Shown: piece after piece, positions 61,664 through 64,000 of the stretch
Numbering within the stretch: position 1 is the first letter of the stretch
How the letters are laid out: each line of letters opens with the position of its first letter
Assembly (NCBI RefSeq): GCF_038025025.1
Contig: NW_027117339.1
Span: forward strand, 1,736,001-1,800,000
Length of the DNA stretch: 64,000 nt
Direction of reading: 5' to 3'
Origin: Phyllosticta citribraziliensis
Lineage: Eukaryota
Program-made: the position numbers and the translations under genes
Notes under the pieces: generated by a model
The model's input: only the letters and a program-made list of their open reading frames with translations
Told to the model about the DNA's origin: nothing
Database searches by the model: none

Positions 61664-63629
61664 AAGGCGTTTGATGATCCGCAACCAAATCGCCCCACTC
61701 CGCCCCGACCACGCGCATGGACGGACGGTTCGACGGTCCGCGGCGAACGGCCGACGGAACCAGCTCGAGTGCTCGACCGATTTTCCCACGTTGTCGCCGC
61801 CGAGCGAATCAGGAAATGGGACGTTGACCGCGATACGATGCCCGACGCCGGGTGTTGGGGTTTTGGATGGCCAGAGCGGTCGGCTCCACATCCCAAGCCC
61901 GCCGTTCGCTTGTACCCACTTGTCTGACGCTGCTTTTCTGGTTTGCTGTGGCCGATGCTGCCGCTGTGGCCAAGTGGCTGGTGCTGGTTTTGCTTGGTAA
62001 GGAGGTTAACTGGCTGCTCTCTGTTTCCCAAAATTACAATGCACCGTCTCGATAGATGACATCGTGTTCGTGAACGTGTTCAGGGGGAGCAAGAAAAATG
62101 GATTCAACGAAGGTGGTGGGCAAACATTTACCGTGCCATCTTTTCTCCATTTTTGACGACGCCGCTGCAAATTATGAGTCTCATTTGGGAATGCCCATGT
62201 GATAGTCGGACACCGTGTCAGCTTTCAATCCTTCTTCTAAGTAATCAGTGACATATTGAACTCTTTGTGTTGAACCGCCGGCATGGGGATGTCCATACCA
62301 GGAAAGCCACCAAGCCATCCGGCAAGCAGAAAAAGCTGTGGGCATTCCTCTGTACTGTCCCGATAATGACGCACGACCTGTGACAGGGACCAGAAGTCGT
62401 CTCCAGGAGCTCACGCGTGGTTGGAATGCTGGCTCTCCTCACGCTCTCAGAAGTTTAGATTTGGCAATCTTTGTGGTAGGGGTGATGTCTGACAGACACA
62501 CGCATGCTGTCAGTCGGTCTAATAGGGGACAATTGCACATATCCGAAACAGTCGTCAGTTTGCAAGCAGTGCGTTCAGCCAAAGTGTCGCAACCACAACG
62601 GAAGATACTCAGGGCTCGAGAGGAACATGCTCTCAAGCAATCTTGTCGAACAAAATATTCTGTCTTTCGATTTCCGGGTTCCATCTGTAGCGCGGTCCGA
62701 CGGTGGAAGCTCCGCGCTGGTGCCTCAAAGTTGCATAGTAGGCACCACGCGGAACTGCGGATACCACTGCTGATGTCAGAGACCAGGGTATGAGATCGTT
62801 TACGACCCACAACAGACCTCTTTTTAGCAATGACTGTTGCCGCCGCTGGTCGCAGACGGGTGGTAATAGCCAAGGAGTCCACACTGGTAAGGTTATAGGA
62901 TACGCTTGTAGATGACAAGTCTAGGGTTGTCTTGAAAGTGTGCTGAGGCTAGGTGTGCGATCGTGATATTTGTTGACCAGGCCTTGTAGAGGGCATAATG
63001 TTCTTGATGGAACCCATAAGCAACCGCTTAGAGATCCGGTAGTTCCGGTAGGCGCAAGTAAGACGCCAGCATTTGGAAATGAGTGCTCTTTCACGACTTC
63101 ACGTCGTCCTAGAAGGAATGACTGGGCTCAAGGGCCGATGAAGCGGGGTTGGTGCAACTCGACGATTTAGTTGTCAAAGTAGTATAGGGCTGACGTTGCC
63201 TGAAAAGACGTGCTTTCTGTGGAGTGTCGTTGTGTCTTCATTTGTGTGCTATTGGCCGCTTATGGTCAGTGAGCTTACAATATCTAGACAAACTCGTCAT
63301 ACTTCCAGTCACATTCGCGGCATTTCACACTCGGCAACCCTTCCGCGGGAATTTCTTTCGTGGGGCTCACCTTGAGTTTGCCATGCGGTGTTTTCGTTCC
63401 AAGTCATTCATCTCATACCTCAATATTGCTTGTAACTCTCTCGACTCCCACCTTCGTGATGACCATCTCGCGTTTTCGAGCTCCTTCACTTGTCTCTTCA
63501 GCCGACGATCTTCACAGCTTCCATTCAAGAACAACCAACTTCGACAAATCCACTCCACGACGTCAAGCATTCCCTCTTCTGGCGGCTCAAGCGATATAGT
63601 GAAGTCTCGGCGCTCCAAAATAGGCAGTA

Positions 63630-64000
63630 ATGGCGTCAAGAAGTGTCTTGGCCGCGACTGCGGCCCATTCGATGGGGTCTTGTCGGAGCAATGGTATTCG
63701 CAGGATCACCTCCTTATCTCGCATGAAAGCCGCCCAGGGCGCACTCGCCGAGACGGCCGTCGAGCAACACCTTCCAGTTCCTGAATTCGCCAAGACTCGC
63801 ACGAGACAAGCCCCTGAAAAAGTCGACGAGTTTTGGCGCAAGATCCCTGGATGGGAGGATGTGTCGGCAGATGATTTCACAAGCTACCGATGGAGTGTAG
63901 GTCGATCACACCGTCTCTTGGTTAGTCTTGATTGCTAGAAGTCAGAGTCTGACCTTTTCAGTGCAAGAACCTGGTCGAGGGAAAACAAAAGTTACATCGC
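63630..64000 (+). CDS. Lysine 2,3-aminomutase-like (KamA family) radical SAM protein, 5' part only
   Basis: Arg/Ser/Ala-rich presequence, then DEFWRKIPGWEDVSADDFTSYRWS, intron 63897-63961, CKNLVEGKQKL. This resembles the N-terminus of fungal KamA homologs (W.DV....F..Y.W..N). The catalytic CxxxCxxC motif would lie outside the window. Confidence 0.7.

Noticed and set aside
61574..61927. Poly-His ORF as a metal-binding peptide
   Set aside because: The His run comes from a (CAT)n(CAC)n microsatellite, and the rest is not protein-like.
1..64000. Stop-codon readthrough (TGA-CTA) producing cryptic peroxisomal isoforms; secondary-metabolite cluster; intact transposon
   Set aside because: None of the annotated stops has the TGA-CTA context. 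There is no PKS, NRPS, terpene synthase, DUF3328, transposase, RT or tyrosine recombinase ORF. The MFS, GST and methyltransferase genes are dispersed among housekeeping genes.

Overview
Gene-dense eukaryotic DNA from a filamentous ascomycete (Pezizomycotina), judged from short GT-AG introns with CTRAC branch points, a velvet gene and a CFEM gene. About 17 protein-coding genes were reconstructed by hand-splicing: a partial MFS (DHA2) exporter, RAM2, a serine/threonine dehydratase, an orphan Cys-rich secreted protein, a GT90 glycosyltransferase, a GST, a GH47 mannosidase, RPL38, a GPI-anchored CFEM protein (only a C-terminal fragment in the ORF track), an STK19 homolog, DGA1, velB, HEL2, STT4, a SAM methyltransferase, a ~1076-aa DUF6590-like fusion protein, an Esc1-like bHLH factor between two large non-coding tracts, and the 5' end of a KamA-like radical SAM gene. 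Most are conserved housekeeping genes. The most unusual part is a small accessory island at ~7.8-9.5 kb: a ~134-bp tandem array with RIP-type mutations, an intact orphan 10-Cys secreted protein and a second decayed repeat. Also notable are a 306-nt RPL38 intron with two crossing long-range helices, a lone strong-context uORF in the presumed velB leader, and the DUF6590 fusion. No tRNA, rRNA, CRISPR array or intact transposase was found. All family assignments come from motif recognition, not database searches.
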